A stretch of 64,000 nt of DNA, taken from the NCBI GenBank assembly GCA_030141605.1, contig JAQGDQ010000170.1:186001-250000 (forward strand), in the 5' to 3' direction. Source of the DNA: Tubiluchus corallicola. Lineage: Eukaryota; Animalia; Priapulida. A program made the position numbers and the translations under genes. The notes beneath the pieces were generated by a model. The model saw nothing but the letters and a program-made list of their open reading frames with translations. It was not told where the DNA came from and ran no database searches. This document shows, in pieces, positions 24,621 through 39,540 of the stretch; the stretch's first letter is position 1, and the number at the start of each line of letters is the position of its first letter.

Positions 24621-27600
24621 AATTAGGTAGGTACGTAGGTAGATAAATACAGATAAATAGATAGATACAGAGACAACTAGACAGATATACAGATTTGATT
24701 TTGATTTGACACTTCATTTCAAACATAATTTTCATAAGTAGTGCTCAGACTGCATAAGGGCCAGTATGTTCTAACTGTAAACTGTTGTCCCACTATCCAG
24801 GTTGCTGGTTGGGAAACTACGCATTCCACTTCGTATCACCTGTACTCGCTAATTAAATCGTAATTTGACGGCTCGTTCTGATATAATACGAGTCTGTAGT
24901 ATGTACCATCAAAGGCTGATTAAATTATATTAAAATTTGAGAACTTTCACAAAATAATTGAAGTGACAATAATTACAACGTGGTTTATCTTATGAAATTC
25001 TAGTTGAAGTACTCATTTCAATCCAGTTCTATTTCATATTTTAAATTTAAAAATGGTAAGCGTTAGTTGATATCTGTAGTCCTCTCTCATAAGCATAGTG
25101 TTAAGAGAGAGCTTTAATGATCTAACATTTCTCAAGAATGACAATATCAAAAGCATTCTTACCTTTCTTCATTACTGAGAAAAATAAGAAGATGTATCTA
25201 TAGTACCACCACGCTGCAAATAGTGCTGAAGAAGACCTGATAATCTATATTCATGCATGCAATAGAGACAATGTCTTCTTGTCTGGCAAAGGTAACAAGG
25301 TTCATAGCCTGGACAGCAATTTCTATAAGCCAGCCAGCAACCATTTACAGTTGGGTGGTGCTGCAGACACACTTTTCTGTTCTTTCTCGGTAATGAACAC
25401 AGTCAGGAATGCTTTTGCCAGTCTTGAGGAATATTACTGTGTATCACTAAAACCCTGTCTTAACACTATGCTTATGAGAGAGAACTACAAATGTCAGCCT
25501 AAGCTTACCATTTTACAAATTTACGCAAGACAAATTACTGTGTAGTTATTGTCACTTTAGTTATTTTGTGAGCGTAGAATGCTTCCGAAAGCGCTTATAT
25601 TTAATATAATATAATCAATTGTTAATTGAACTTTGTGGAGTGTTTTTTATATTCAGGAAAGTGGAAACCGTGAGCTGAAAATTTTCCTGGTTTTTGCATA
25701 TTTTTAAAATCCAGAGTTAAGATAATGCTGGTACTTTTCTAGCAACTGAATGATCGAAAATAATTAGAGATTAGTTGGTAATGGAAATAATGGAAGCTGG
25801 AATCTTTGATTGAATTGTTTCTGAAACGCAGTTCAGCTCTGTTACGCGAGGCGTCTACTGAACAAAAAAATGAATAACAGGTCTCCTGCATCTGAAAGCC
25901 CTGTCAGAGATGTGGCAGAATTCTCGTCAGCCTAAGCATTCGTCGTTTGATTGGAAACTGAACCAGGGGTGAAACTGCTAATGTGCATTGCTATCGTATG
26001 ACACCGTAAATAATAAACAAAATACACGAATGAACAATATATAAACATTAATTATAACTGTTTCTGTAATTATTTTATCAGAATTTTAAGATTACGCTGT
26101 GAATTTAGCTAATTATCAAATTCAACGTTGGGGGCTTTTTGAAGTCATAAGTCCGCAAGAAATTGTTTGTAGAAAATTTGTGGATTTGAATTTGTTTTGG
26201 AAATTTCAAACCACTAGGACTATTTCATGCGTTTAAATGCTCTTGACTACAGTTTAGCACGTCTTTGAATATTTAAGTAAATTTCTAGATTTTTTGTTTT
26301 GATATCACTAATCTTTACTTATTACTAAACTGTTCTTATCTGAACTCATTATATAAAATACAAAAATGAATGTAAATTATGAACTTGAATATGAAATGAG
26401 TTATGAATTGAAAGTTATGTTTGTATTTTCTTACTTAATTTGTCTGATTTAAATTTCTATTATATCTTGCATTGCCAATTTTCGTGATGTACTGAAAGTA
26501 ATATTTTTACGCTAAATGTCTAGCCGCCATCTTTGTAAATTTCCGGTTTTCAGGAAAGAACGTCTGCATGGCTGTTTCACAATGAAGCTCTCTAAGTGTA
26601 ATAAAAAAATGATAGTTTACTTGAAAAAATATTTTTATAGCAACAGTAAGAACGACGGCGATAACTATAACGACAAGAACACCAACACCAACCATGGCGA
26701 TGACATTTAAAATCGTTTTCGGTGTTTAAAAAACTAGGAAGACGGCGCGCTTTACATCTGTATCATACACTGGCTGCAGTAATCACATTTAGCTGTGTAT
26801 GCAGAACTTCCACAATTTTTACAAATAATTATTATCAGTAATTATATCATTCCAGTCTTACGAACGATTTGTATAGCTGAGTAAGTTTGCAGATAACGAC
26901 CTGTCAAGTATAACAACAAAAATTTGTAAGACTAGTGAATTGACAAATCCTGTAACTGAATCAATACCACAAAGTTGCACAGCAAAATCGACCGCTATTC
27001 ATGAACGAATTCAACAACATTGGCAGGTTTCACCGTGTTAGATTAATAACACTACCATCCTGCTCACACCGTCTTAGATTACACAACGCGTTACACATTG
27101 ACAAAATTTGACAAATCTGCTTTTTAGATAAATGAATTCAGGCGGTTCCATCAATGATCAGTGAACAAATGACACTTGTAGGAAATAGAGGAATAGCGCA
27201 AATTTATCAGTTCGTCCAGAATAAATTCTGTTTGGAGCCGTACAAAAACGTTTGGCTAAAGCGGCGCTCAAAATGTACTGAAGTATATCCTGAAGAACCT
27301 TCCAAACAAAATTATATTACTTAGCATTACGCTTACCTGTTTGAAAGACATATATAATTGAAAAAGAAAATTCTTAATAATTTAAAATGTTCGTGCCACC
27401 TGGTAAAACTGCGTTGCCTCGCTTCCTTAGTTAGCTAAGCATGTGCTTCGAATGTTCTGGTTATTTTTCAAACTTTGCGCAATGTTATCTAAACTTGTTT
27501 CAAAAGACTTTCCGTTAAAATGACTGCACCTGTCGGTCTTGCGGGAGTTACTAGAGCATTTACAGTTACATTATGAGTTTAATACAGTGAACTACCAACG

Positions 27601-30540
27601 CAAGCCCAGTATGCAAGAAGAAGGCATTTAAATGTTCTAAAATTTCAAGACGATTTTTAAGCTTCATTGATGAAGAGTGTTTATGTGTTTTAAACTGTTC
27701 ATCGTGAAGTTATCCGACATCCGTGTCAACATTCCCAATCACACAATTAAAAAACACGTGTACAGATTCAATAAAGATAGAATGCAAGCTAGAAAAATAA
27801 CTGTTCTTTATTTTTCTAATTCAGCCCAATTCGTCTTATTATAATAGTAGTTATAGTAATAGTTATAAAACTAAATAATCATTTAAGAACAAATCAGCGA
27901 AAGCATTTAAGCAAATGTTTACTCACGTGCAGTAAGTTCCCAAAGAAAGGTCTGTTCCGTTCGCAATCTGACTTATTCATTCATAACACTTGTATTCTCA
28001 TATACCTTAGCTTTGGCAGAGCATGTAATGGTAAAACTTGTTAAAGCTTCATCATTTATTCTACATACTTCTTCGGTTTCGTGTTATGGCGATGGACTTA
28101 AAAACACCTGCATGCCCATTCTTTAACCCCGCAAAGAATATTTTGCACTGGATATACGAAGTCAAACAGCAATTTGTCAGAGTGGTCAAAGAGTTGAGTT
28201 AAAAATTAGCTAAATTACTGAAAAGTGAAAGCAAGACCAACAAAAAATTGTTTGTTCGACACGCGTTTTTTCTGTAATCCTACTCTTGCTTATACGTAAG
28301 CGACTACGCAGAGCGATTGTAACACCGTTAGTTTTTCATGAAGCCAAGCTCGAAAGAACTGCGAATAGCTTAGACTGTTACAATGGCTTCAGCAAAAGCC
28401 ACGTGGCCACATACACGCCTACTGTGGCGCGTAAACAAAGTTATAATTTCTGACGTCCTGTGTGTTCCTAGTTCTACTTTTATGTCGCTTGTTGTAAATG
28501 GGTTTTTAAGTTCCTACGTAAGGTCTTACGGTCTTAAGTTTTTTTACGTAAATGCAGTGAAATCCAACAAAATACTCTCTTCTAAAGAATAACTTAAAAA
28601 AGTCATTGGCTGTTATTGGTAACTGTTGCGATGCCACCACTGTAAAAGCTATGCAGCAAAACAAAGATACAGCAGTGCTCAAACCAACAAGGTATTAACG
28701 TGAAAATGGAACTAAACTGATTTATTAAACAGATAATTACAAAAAGCTTAGACAACAGCTCTATTTGTCTACCCAGCCAAGTTTAAACTATTCCTGCCCA
28801 GTCCCTGAGTATGTATCTAACCGGCTTTACTTCCCCTCTATAAAGTTCAAAGTGTCCTACTGCGTACCTAACAGAATAGTCAAGAAACCAGAGCCTCGGG
28901 TAGCTCCGAGCCCCGAGCAAACTAATTTCATTACTTAGATGAAATGTGAATAATTAAAAGTAAGCAGCTTGGTTGGGTTGGTTAGGTTTGTTTTGCTTGC
29001 ATCGAGTTATATTAGATTTCTTTTGGTTATGTTAAATAAAATTAAAATAGGCTAGTTTAGTTTGGGTTCAGTAAAGATATATTAAGTAAGAGGCTAGATC
29101 AAGCTAACTTTAAATTCTTCAAAAAAGTTGTCGATAAGCGAAGCAAACAACTTGCTAGAAACTTTTATTGAAAAGTTGGCTCAGAGAAGCACTTCAGCTT
29201 ATTGTTTACTTGGAGACTATGGTACTAAGAAATACGAAAGGAAAAGACCGCCAAAATCACTAAAAGGCGCAGCATGCATAAGCGAGTTTTCTTTGTAATG
29301 AGAATTAAAAATGATTTGCTACTCCATATCACTCCACAGAATTTTCCTATTTCAGTAAACCGTTTTTGTTATCCTCACTACAGTCACAAGAGGAATTTTG
29401 CTTCCTTATAATATATCTGATGCGGTAGGCTTGTTACATCGACAGGTTTTAGTATTCAGAGTTCTCGAGCAGGCATGATAAGTTGTCTCATATACTTTGT
29501 TTGACATGATGAAATGCTGTGGTATTCACGAGTCTGTGTTTTTTTGCATGCGCATCGTATATCAATGGCGCGCTACTTTGTTAATGCATTTCATATAAGT
29601 AAATGAAGGGCCTAAAAAGTTTCTGACCATAGTAACGATCTGACAGCGATCTTATTATGAGCCACTTGCTGTATTTTTCGGACGTGCCTTTTAGACAAGA
29701 CGTGAAGACGTGCATATTTTAGCAATCATTAAAATTCCTCACTACACTGGTTTGTTTATAAAATTTCCGTCTATAAAAATAGCCAGCCACGTTGCAACCG
29801 CGCACACAACTCAAAATAAATACCTCATCAAATTACAATTAGTCCAAATTGTTTAGTGCAAAAATTCAGCCCACGAATTTAAATTTTGACTTGATAGTCT
29901 AGCAGGTTTAGTTTAAGTTGCACTTTCCACGCTACAATTCTGATTTGCATTGATGTTGTTCACTGTGGCGCAACACTGACGCCGGATGAGCACAACGGGG
30001 TGAGAAAATAGAGTTGTCATGATATGTATTGGTAGCATGCAAAGTCTGCCTGTATTGGTTAGCGCCCGCCGGAGAACTGTTTTTGTGCAGTGTCATCTAT
30101 TATTCTGCGCTAGCTATTGATCTATCCAAATGTGTTCAAAAGACCCCTGTCAGTCCATCATTTAGAGGACTGTTTTTCATAATTAGTTGAATGCTTTAAC
30201 CATCAGCATTAGTTTGCGTATGGCTAAGTGCTGTATCAAGCCACTTATAGAATGACACTTTTCTGGTGTGTTGACAAGTAAAGAGTTGAAATTACATGAT
30301 AGACAAAATCTGATAGAGCATTTTGTGTTAATAATCATATTTTAAAATGAGTTGCGAGGACTTACATAATTATGTATAATTATCATTAACATTTAGTTAT
30401 ACTCATTGAAAATAATGTGTATTCTGTTGTTTCTTTCTGCACTTTGTGCACTTGTAATGTTTTTGTTCTACGGCTTTTCCTGAGATAAGCTTGAAATTAA
30501 ATTAAATTGAAAACATTACAATCTTTTAAACACATAAACG

Positions 30541-31058
30541 ATTACGTTGTTAGTATTCCACTTCAGTGTACATCCCTTTGGTACAGTTTCGAAGTTATTC
30601 TTCTACCTATGTGCTGCACAAATTTGCTTTACTTAATAAGACGTTGAACGATTGAAAAATTAATGTGACATTTTTCATTGGAAAATGTGCAAAGTATGTC
30701 GTAGTAAGACGAAATAAATTGCTGCGTGTAAAAACACTATTGTCATTTGAGGGCTGAGTGGAGGGTGTCGGCAAAATATGATCGTTTACGTCTTTAGGTT
30801 AAAGGTGACAAACCAATCTTGGTTTTATGTTGTTAGTATTCCATGTCTATGCAGACGATTCCTTTGGATCGATTTGTGATCTATTCATCTACCACCGTAT
30901 CGCGCAAATTGTTTTATTTAACAAGGCGATAGGCGATTGATAATTAATGTGACGGTTTTCGTTAAAAATATGCCAAACTATATTGTGGTGAGACGAAAAA
31001 ATTACTTTGCGTAACAACTCTATTATCCTTTGAGGGATGGACGGAGGGTGTGGGTAAA
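30541..31058. repeat. Diverged tandem duplication, ~283-bp period
   Basis: Colinear blocks gttgttagtattcca, attaatgtgac, agacgaaa.aaatt and tttgaggg.tg...ggagggtgt occur twice. Confidence 0.8.
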
Positions 31059-34000
31059 AAAAGTCAGAAAGCGTAGTCTTTATCTTTTGTTTCCTTCTGA
31101 TGAGTGATGGCGTGGCACTATTCTGTCCATTTACTTTTTACTTGATTTTAATTAAATTGGCTTTGCTTAGTAATCGGATGCTAGTGATGATTTCCCCCGG
31201 TTTTAAGTAACAGCGAGATTGCACGTGTTTGTGATTCGAAGGCCGAACTTAGTCGACCTTATCTGTCTGTCTGTCCCTCTATGTATTTGACAGTCTGCCT
31301 GCCTGTTCAAATTATTTCTCGGAGGCCGTCAATCCAGTTCCTCCCACACTTGCACAGCTCAGGTAACTGGGCACTGGTTGTACAGTGAGAAACTTAGTTA
31401 CCGTATTCAAAACAGCTGCTTAGCAACGGTCGAAAAACTTCTAAAACTGCTCCTTCTGTGGCTTCCAAATCTAAGATAGCGAAGACATTGGTACTGTGGT
31501 ACCTCAAACCGTTATTATTTAAAAGATGTCGGAGCCAAATTTTGGAATATCTATCTGTCTGTCCATCCATCCGACCGCCGTTCAAATATCAGCCACTAAG
31601 CTTATAACGAGAAATTCTCGTCTCGTCCGCATGCACATGCACAACGTGTTTCGTATTCTCGTGGATTCTCATGTGAACATGCCAGAATAGCACCTCCATG
31701 GGATTCTCGTTTTCCATCTCAAAAATCTATGATTACACATGTACGCGTACGCGATAACTAGATCGCTAAACATTTTTATATATTACATGTGTACAAAGAC
31801 CAGAGTAAGACGCGCTTAGCAATGTATCAGTAGTAAGTACTAAACCAGGTGATAACGACAGTAATTATTACAAAATGTAGTCCGAATCTGCTGTTTATTC
31901 ATTCCATTTATGTTTGGCTATTTATGTTTGCTATATGTGTGGGTATTAGGGATTGATGCCAATGATTTTACTGCCAAGGATATTCGCTGTCATGTTAGCT
32001 GTTCAAGCAAGTTAAATGTGTTATGTGTGCTAAATGTGTTGACTGTATGCACTTTACCATGTAAAGTTCTTTTTTCTAATGTCATTGAGATTTTGTTCTT
32101 GTCGTGTAATTCTTGTGACTTGCACAGTCGATCATGTCAACTGTACTGTGTAAGTTTCATTGGTTATTTATTTGCGTACGACTGTACGTTACATCATCTA
32201 GGTGTGTGTCACATATTATATAAATATATAAATACTAACAAATTAAACGTTGAAGTTACTAATTTATTAAAACATATGATGATTTCATTATATAGCTGGA
32301 TTAATTATATAAATTACATAAATCTCTCACACATCGCTTAATTAGTTAAACTAATAGTAAAACTTATAATTAGTGGTGCCTGCAAGGTGACCCTACATCA
32401 GCTTTTCCCGCCCCGTCTCAATACAGTTGTGTTAAATTTTGCATTATACATTGTATTATGTCGACGAATAAAATAAATTTAAATCTATATCCGGGTCACT
32501 CAAGTAAAAAACACGTGTCCTTTACCTGATGTTTCTAATCATTTTCAATATGAGTTTTTGTTTGAGAGCTATTATAGAACAGGTACCCCAACAGTCAATA
32601 ACTAGTTTTTATGCTCGGAATCAAACAAAAACTTACACAGCCAATTTGAGTTAGTTGCTCCAACTATATTTAAATGTGTGTCAATAACTGATTGCGTGGG
32701 TGTATGTGTTATAGGTCTTGCCCGTCAGTTTTTTAGAATGCAAAAGGACGCCAATGTAGAAAGCTCGACGGATATTTGGAAAGTAGTTCTTGGTACGTAT
32801 AGAAGTTGTGAGACTGTATTTAATAATCTCACAACTTCTATGGGACAAAAATGTCAACGGCCCATTTTTGAACACAAAAATAATAACAGTTTACAAGTCT
32901 TTTTTTAGACAGCAAAGTACGCAACCTGCACAAAAATCTTACAATGCGTGATTGCAAAATTAAGCGGCGCTATTAACAAAAGTAGTTAGCGATTGCAAAA
33001 ATGAATGCTACCAAACTCTTTAGTTTCCATTTTTAAATTTTCCATCTCTGACATGAGCATATTTTATCTAGTCGTTTCGTTCGTTAGGACCCACTTCCAT
33101 ACGTATACCATACATTTTTGACCTAATATTATATACGACCTAGTTATTTATTTTCATTTCTATTGTTCTATGGGATCACTTAGATACTTAATTTATTAGT
33201 ACGACTCCCTAGACTCGACTCATACCTTAAAAGGAAACTTCCTCGGGAGACAATATTTGTTCTTTAGTTGATATGTTACATAGCGTGACTTTGCATGGTT
33301 AAATAAGAATGCTTTAATAAAAACTGCTGCTACTTGCACTGAGCATTTATCAACAAAGGATTTAAGTGCAAAATGGAAAGCAAAGACTTGTTCACCTCGG
33401 GGATGTAATAGTGTCCAACACAAATAAACGGCGCTGTTTTGTGGTTTCCATTCATTCAGTGGAAGAGCGCAATGTATTTCATAATAACAATTACAATATT
33501 TGCAGCAATTAGATTCCGTTTTTAGCACATTATTAAGATTACTATAGCCAAGAAATATTATTATTTTACAAATTTACGATATACGCTTTACACAGTAAAA
33601 AGTGTCAATTTGCATGTCAGTCATTTCCTCAAAATCTTAAATTCCAATTTTCCTAACTTAAAGTACGCAAACAATTTTTTCAATTAATTTTACTGTTAAA
33701 TTATTAGCAAAATGCCAAGAGCGGGCCTTTGTTAAACTTTGTTTACGTATTTTTAGTCTTTACTATGACGTATTATACAAGGAGAATATAATGTCCTCGA
33801 GCACAAACGTCTCTGATATACATTATGCCATTTTTGATCTGTACCTTATTTTTACCCACTTAACATCATACCTAGGCTTCCCCGTTTTAAAAGACTTCTA
33901 AAAGATATGACAAAAGTTAGTTCATCTTCTGTGCTTCGCGTAAATAGCTTCTGGTCACCTTGGGTTCGACCCTGTCTCTGTGAGATTTCATTTCGTCATG

Positions 34001-34722
34001 CTGGGAGCGTCTGCTTACTTAGCACCGTAACGATGTGCATCCGAACATGGCTAAGACATTTCGACATTGCCAAAGAAAGGGGATTTTGCCATAACTCAGC
34101 AAAAAAGTGTCTAAAAAGGCTAAACTGCATGGTCACCTAAATTCTTAAGGTCAAGGAAGCAATGGTGACTTTCCAAGATTATAAAAACATCCCAGAAACC
34201 TAAAAATGATAATATGCCCGTCATTACCAAAAATGGGAGGTTTCGCCTTGTAACTGACTAATAAAGTGCCTAATAAATGTAGCTAAAGTTGTATCCACAC
34301 CCACGTTTGATCAGAGAATATAATGATCAACTTTTTGTGCAGCAATATTTTCATAACGGTCAGTGCACCATCATTGTCAATGGTGCTTCCACTAGTTACA
34401 GGGCACTGTAATAAATAAATAAATAGGTACTTTAAGTACTTTGATTTCTTGATTTAGTAGCTATAATATTTGGTAGTAAGATTAGTTATTAGTTCTTATG
34501 ATCAGTCTTGAGTCAGATGCAACTTATGACTTGTGAAAATCTGCAGTGTGTATATCAGCCCTGTCCTTTATTAACAAATACGCAAACCATTTTCACATTC
34601 GTGTCATTCAAGCTCTTGAATGTTCCGCGTATATGTTGAACAAAAATTATTCAGATATTGGGGTCATACTTAGACTGACGTGGTTCCATGAACTGCATTT
34701 GTCTTCAAGGGTAATTAATATG

Positions 34723-35800
34723 TACTAGCTAAACCCCGCAAAAAATGCGCATAAACTCACAACAACAACCCACACCACACCACACAACCATCCACCACCC
34801 CACTCACAACGCACGACCCACACCATAGCACACCAACCACACCACTCTACACCACATTATCCACACCACATCACCCACACCACACCATCAATACCACACC
34901 ACACCACACCACCCAGACCAAACTCACCACACCACTCCATCAACACTACACCCACCCAACTTCCCCACCACACCTTCCACAGCACGCTCACCACACTCAC
35001 CACATCACATGGTGATGATGGTGTTGATGACAACAACAATGACGACACCTACAGCACTAACACCAGTAACACAGCATCACAACGAAACCATTCAAAACAT
35101 TTTGCACAAAGTCAAATTGTGTGCTATAATAAATGCTATTAGTCTGTCTACCAATGATCAATAATGCACACACATTCTACATAGTTTTTTATTGTTCCTC
35201 AAATGATAATAGACTAACAGAATTTACTTACATGTAAAATCTATAACACAGTCGAACGGCGGGTGACAACAATGCCTGGAACAGTCACGAAATTTATCAA
35301 ACTTAATGACAGTGGATGTTCCAAATAGCGTGCAGCTTAGGGGGCTGAAAAAGAACTTTGAAATATACGCTTCCCGTTTCGTCTAGTCACTAGTGGACAT
35401 CTCTCCTAGTGAAACCTTGAAGACCGCTTCGTTCTCTTTTTGTGAGTGTGCTTATTTTTTCCCAACATGCCCAAACAGTTGCACAAATTGAGTTTTTCTA
35501 GAGGGTGGTTGAGCAGTTTTTTGCAAAATTTGCGTGATTGGGTCCAGGAAAACGCCCGTCACAGGACGTCGTGGCGAATTCCGAATACACCTACTACACC
35601 CACCATTAAACGGGCTATTTAACCATTGCTGGCACCACCCCCGGGTCCCGTTCTCCAGAAATAAGAGGTATAAGTTTTGCAAAAACTGGCCGAAAATGTC
35701 CATTTTTGGAAGTTTTTCGTCACACATTCGTCCCGATGGGCCCAATTCGAAAAATAAACCCCAATGAGACCACACTAGATCGAGACCTTTCCTTTGATAT
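34723..35800 (+). mobile_element. Non-autonomous repeat (ACTAG start, internal (CCACA)n tract); diverged inverted relative at ~58900-59662
   Basis: Shared blocks actagc.aaacc, gcagtttt....aaaattt, ccaattcgaaaaa.aaa and tcga.acctttc.tttgata, with a CCACA/TGTGG microsatellite at the same relative position. Confidence 0.6.
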
Positions 35801-35812
35801 ATATATATATAC

Positions 35813-36653
35813 CACCGAAATTCATTATACAGATATGGGCCAACGTTAATACTGACCTTAGCCCTAAGTGGCTACCAATCTATTTCACTGAGAAGTTGGG
35901 CCAGTGTTGGTACCAACGTTGGTCCAATACTGCCTGTATATTTCTTCAAATCATGCTGTGCCGACATTAAAATCAATGTTGACCCACTGCAGGTTGTGCT
36001 GGGCGAAAGTTGGTACCAAAGTTGGTCCTGCGCTCTTTATTTCAAGCGGTAAACCAGTGATGTACCAGATGGGCCCATTGAAGGCTGTATATTATGCCTA
36101 AGCAAGTTTCAATGTAAAAGGTGGGCCGATGTTGCATCTGAGAGCAGAATAACGCCGGGACTGCCGTTGGCCCTGTGCTGTCTTCATTCAAGCACATGCT
36201 GGACCAATAGTAACACCGACTTTAGCCAATCGGTGACTATATATAGTGCCTAAGCAAATTTCAGCGAAAAGCTGAGAGACAAGACGATGTTGCATCTACG
36301 GGCAGGTTAATGCTGGGCCAACGCTAAAACCAGTGGGACATGTTGTTCTGATCCAACGTTGGCAACACGTTGACCATGTGCTGTCTTCATTCAAGCATAT
36401 ACATGAACTGGGTCAACGTTAACACCATCGTTACACCGATATCGACCATTGAAGGCTATATATTGTTCCTGTAGGCAATTTCAATGTAAAAGTCGGTCCG
36501 ATATTGGAACCAACGCTGGTCCAACCCGACAATGGGCTGAAGTTGCGCCAATGAACAGAACAACGCTGGACCAACATTGACTGCCCTTAGTGGGCCGATG
36601 TGACAAGTGGCACACACGGCCAACGTTGGGCCTACTAGTAAAAGGTTTCCGTG
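35813..36653. mobile_element. Foldback/MITE-like element built from ggccaacgttgg-type motifs in both orientations
   Basis: Many ccaacgttgg / gggccga / tgggcca motifs and internal ~200-bp repeats (tgtgctgtcttcattcaagca twice); sits next to a (TA)n run. Confidence 0.55.
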
Positions 36654-39466
36654 ACGTAGGCAATATAATTCAACTAATACAATAAAATATAATGCTGATA
36701 GCGCCCTGCAGTGTCAGTAACCTTTGCAAACATTGGCGAGGACACAAATCTAACCATTTTTTATTCATTTCATTACATAGTTACAGCGCAAACCATTTTT
36801 GCTAATGGCGGATGTATTTTTCATTTTTAGAGTTCTGAGGAATTCTGACAATGTAAGAAATATCCGATACCATTGTTTTCTTTGATCTTAAAGGCATGGG
36901 TGTACCCGCAGTTTGACGTTCTTTGGACGCTTTTGCAGATTTACAGTAAAATTCTCATTTTTTGGCAATGGCCGATGGTTTTTCGCAGTTTTAGGGGTTT
37001 TCTGCCGCACAGGCTTTTACTGTGTTGATCAACTTTTTTTCTGTACATGGTATAAGTGAAAACGATGTTGTGGAAATTTCTTCACGTGACCACTTAAAAA
37101 CTGACTGACTGGATTGACTGAGCTAAATTGCCTGAAAATATAAAATAAGTGTAGAATCTTCTAAGCGGCTGTATGGCTTTGCAGCCTCCATGAACAATCC
37201 TTAATTGTAACACAATTATCCTTTTATTAATGGAGGGAAGTGAATGCAAAAACAAGCAGTGGTGCAGAACAATTTACATCATACCCTCAAGTTTGCAGCC
37301 TGGGCAAGACACACACACAAAATTTTGAAGATTCCTAGTACTCTGGTCAAACAAATTGTTCTGTATCACGTTGTTTTGTGCACCATTCCCCATTAACAAA
37401 AAATAGTGTTACATCCTGTATTTCTGTGCATGGACTCGTCAGGCAACGTCATTTGTATGGATACGTGCAATATTGACGCGGATCAGTTTCATTTGGATCG
37501 ATAATCATATGCTAGTTTGTACCCTATGTTCCAATAGCTTGATTGAAACTAAACTAGTTAAATGTAGTGTTACCATCAACTCATGAAAATGAAATAATCA
37601 ATAGAGCAGAAAACCATTCTAAACTATCCACTTGGCGGTCTTTCAAGGTACAGAAGGATGGCAAAATCTTAGAGACAGTTGATGAAACTCTCTACCGGCT
37701 CTTTCATTTTTCAATTATAGTTTTGTGTAAAATAGAGAATATCATTACAGTTTTCTTAACCACAAAAATACGTTTAGGTTTAGTATTTTGCTTTAAGATA
37801 ACGCAGTGAAATTTAACTAAACGAAGTGATGAAGATGGCTGATTTACAGAGAATATGTCAGTGAATCGAATAGCGCGAATGCAAAAAGCACTGTAGACAC
37901 TATAACATTATTGCTCAGTATGTTATTGGTCGAGGCTCGACCAAATCGCTATTCATCTGGATGTTGCTCTTGTTCTCGGGATAACCGTTTTGAAAAAGAC
38001 TGGGGCTCTGCAGTTGGTCAATATAAAACATTACACGAGTAAACAACCTCCATTTTGCATTTAAAAAAGCATAAGGCTTCGTCAACTCGAAATGGATCTT
38101 TGTCAAACTTTACAAGACTATACAAGTATGAATTCAGCTTCGGCCGACAGTCTTGAATTTTCATTTTGCCGTTTTGAATTTAAAATGGAGGCAATACCAT
38201 TATTTCCGAAAAAAGCCTAAGGCACTGCCAACTCGAAATGGATCTAATCGCCATAAAATTTTATAGGAATATACTAAAAGAAATTCCGCATCCACTGATA
38301 GTGTCAGTTTTTCGATCCGTCTTTCTAAATTCAGAATGATGACAAAAACATTATTTTTCAAAAAAGGCTGTTTTCCACCAGTTTTCAACAGATGGTCAGG
38401 AACTTCGCAGGATCATACTAAAGAAAATGAGGGACTGAGGGAATTTTCGACCTGCGATTTTGAATTCAAGAGGGCGGCGTGATATTATTTTCGAAAAGAG
38501 GCATGAAACTCTACGGGAATATAGTAGAACGAGTTTTGCATCGATTCGCAGAGTTGGATTTTTGACGTGCCATCTTAAATTCAAAATGGCGACACTGACG
38601 TTGTTTCTCAGGTCAGCGAGTTCCTCGACCAATAATTCGAGTCAAACTTGTTTTAACCCACTTAAGATCACCACCAACCAATGCAACACTAAATAACACA
38701 AGACTGAAAAGTCATAGGGGCAATCTACGACACTTCTGTTATAGTTACTTCTTCCAGGATCGCTATTTGTTTGTCTATTTCTTCAAGAAATGCCCCCCCC
38801 CCAAACATGTAAAAGGCTGGATTTGATTGACAGTATAGACATTACTGTCAGAACAGTTGTTACGTTATTTCCCCAATTTTGTATTTTTAACAACAATAAG
38901 AGCACTATCTACAGGTGTATAAAATAAAAAATGGTGTTACGTATACAAAACTTTTGCTGTTACGTATATATTCGTAAAAATAGACATAGTTCACGCAGTT
39001 TTGACAACTTAAATTGAAGCACGCTTAATTTCTCTGTTCCACGAATTGCACCTTCCACGAAAAATACACTGGTACTGCGCATTGTGTGGGAGAATAAAAC
39101 GCAATTATCCATTGTAAAATTAATAATTTCGCAAAAACAACAATTTTCCAATATTCGTTTCTTGCACAAAATCAAATCTGTTAACACATTTGTGACAAGA
39201 TGAGCGATTATTGTGTGAGCGTGCTAGACATACATATGAGGCAATCGTAAACTGTATCTGGACACTAGATAATTTTTTTATTAGATAAAAAATGAAAATT
39301 GAGTTGTAATGCTTACGTACAATATTCTGTGTTAGGATAATTATGTATTGCACATTAAACGGGTCTACTAACTTATTGTAACTAATCTTAGCTCGCAACT
39401 CAATTTTGAAAATGTTACAGTCACTCCTGCTGTAGAATTACATACCCATGGAAAGGAGAAAGGAGA

Positions 39467-39471
39467 GAAGA

Positions 39472-39535
<64 letters not shown>
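39467..39535. repeat. (GA)n microsatellite
   Basis: Read directly. Confidence 0.95.
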
Positions 39536-39540
<5 letters not shown>

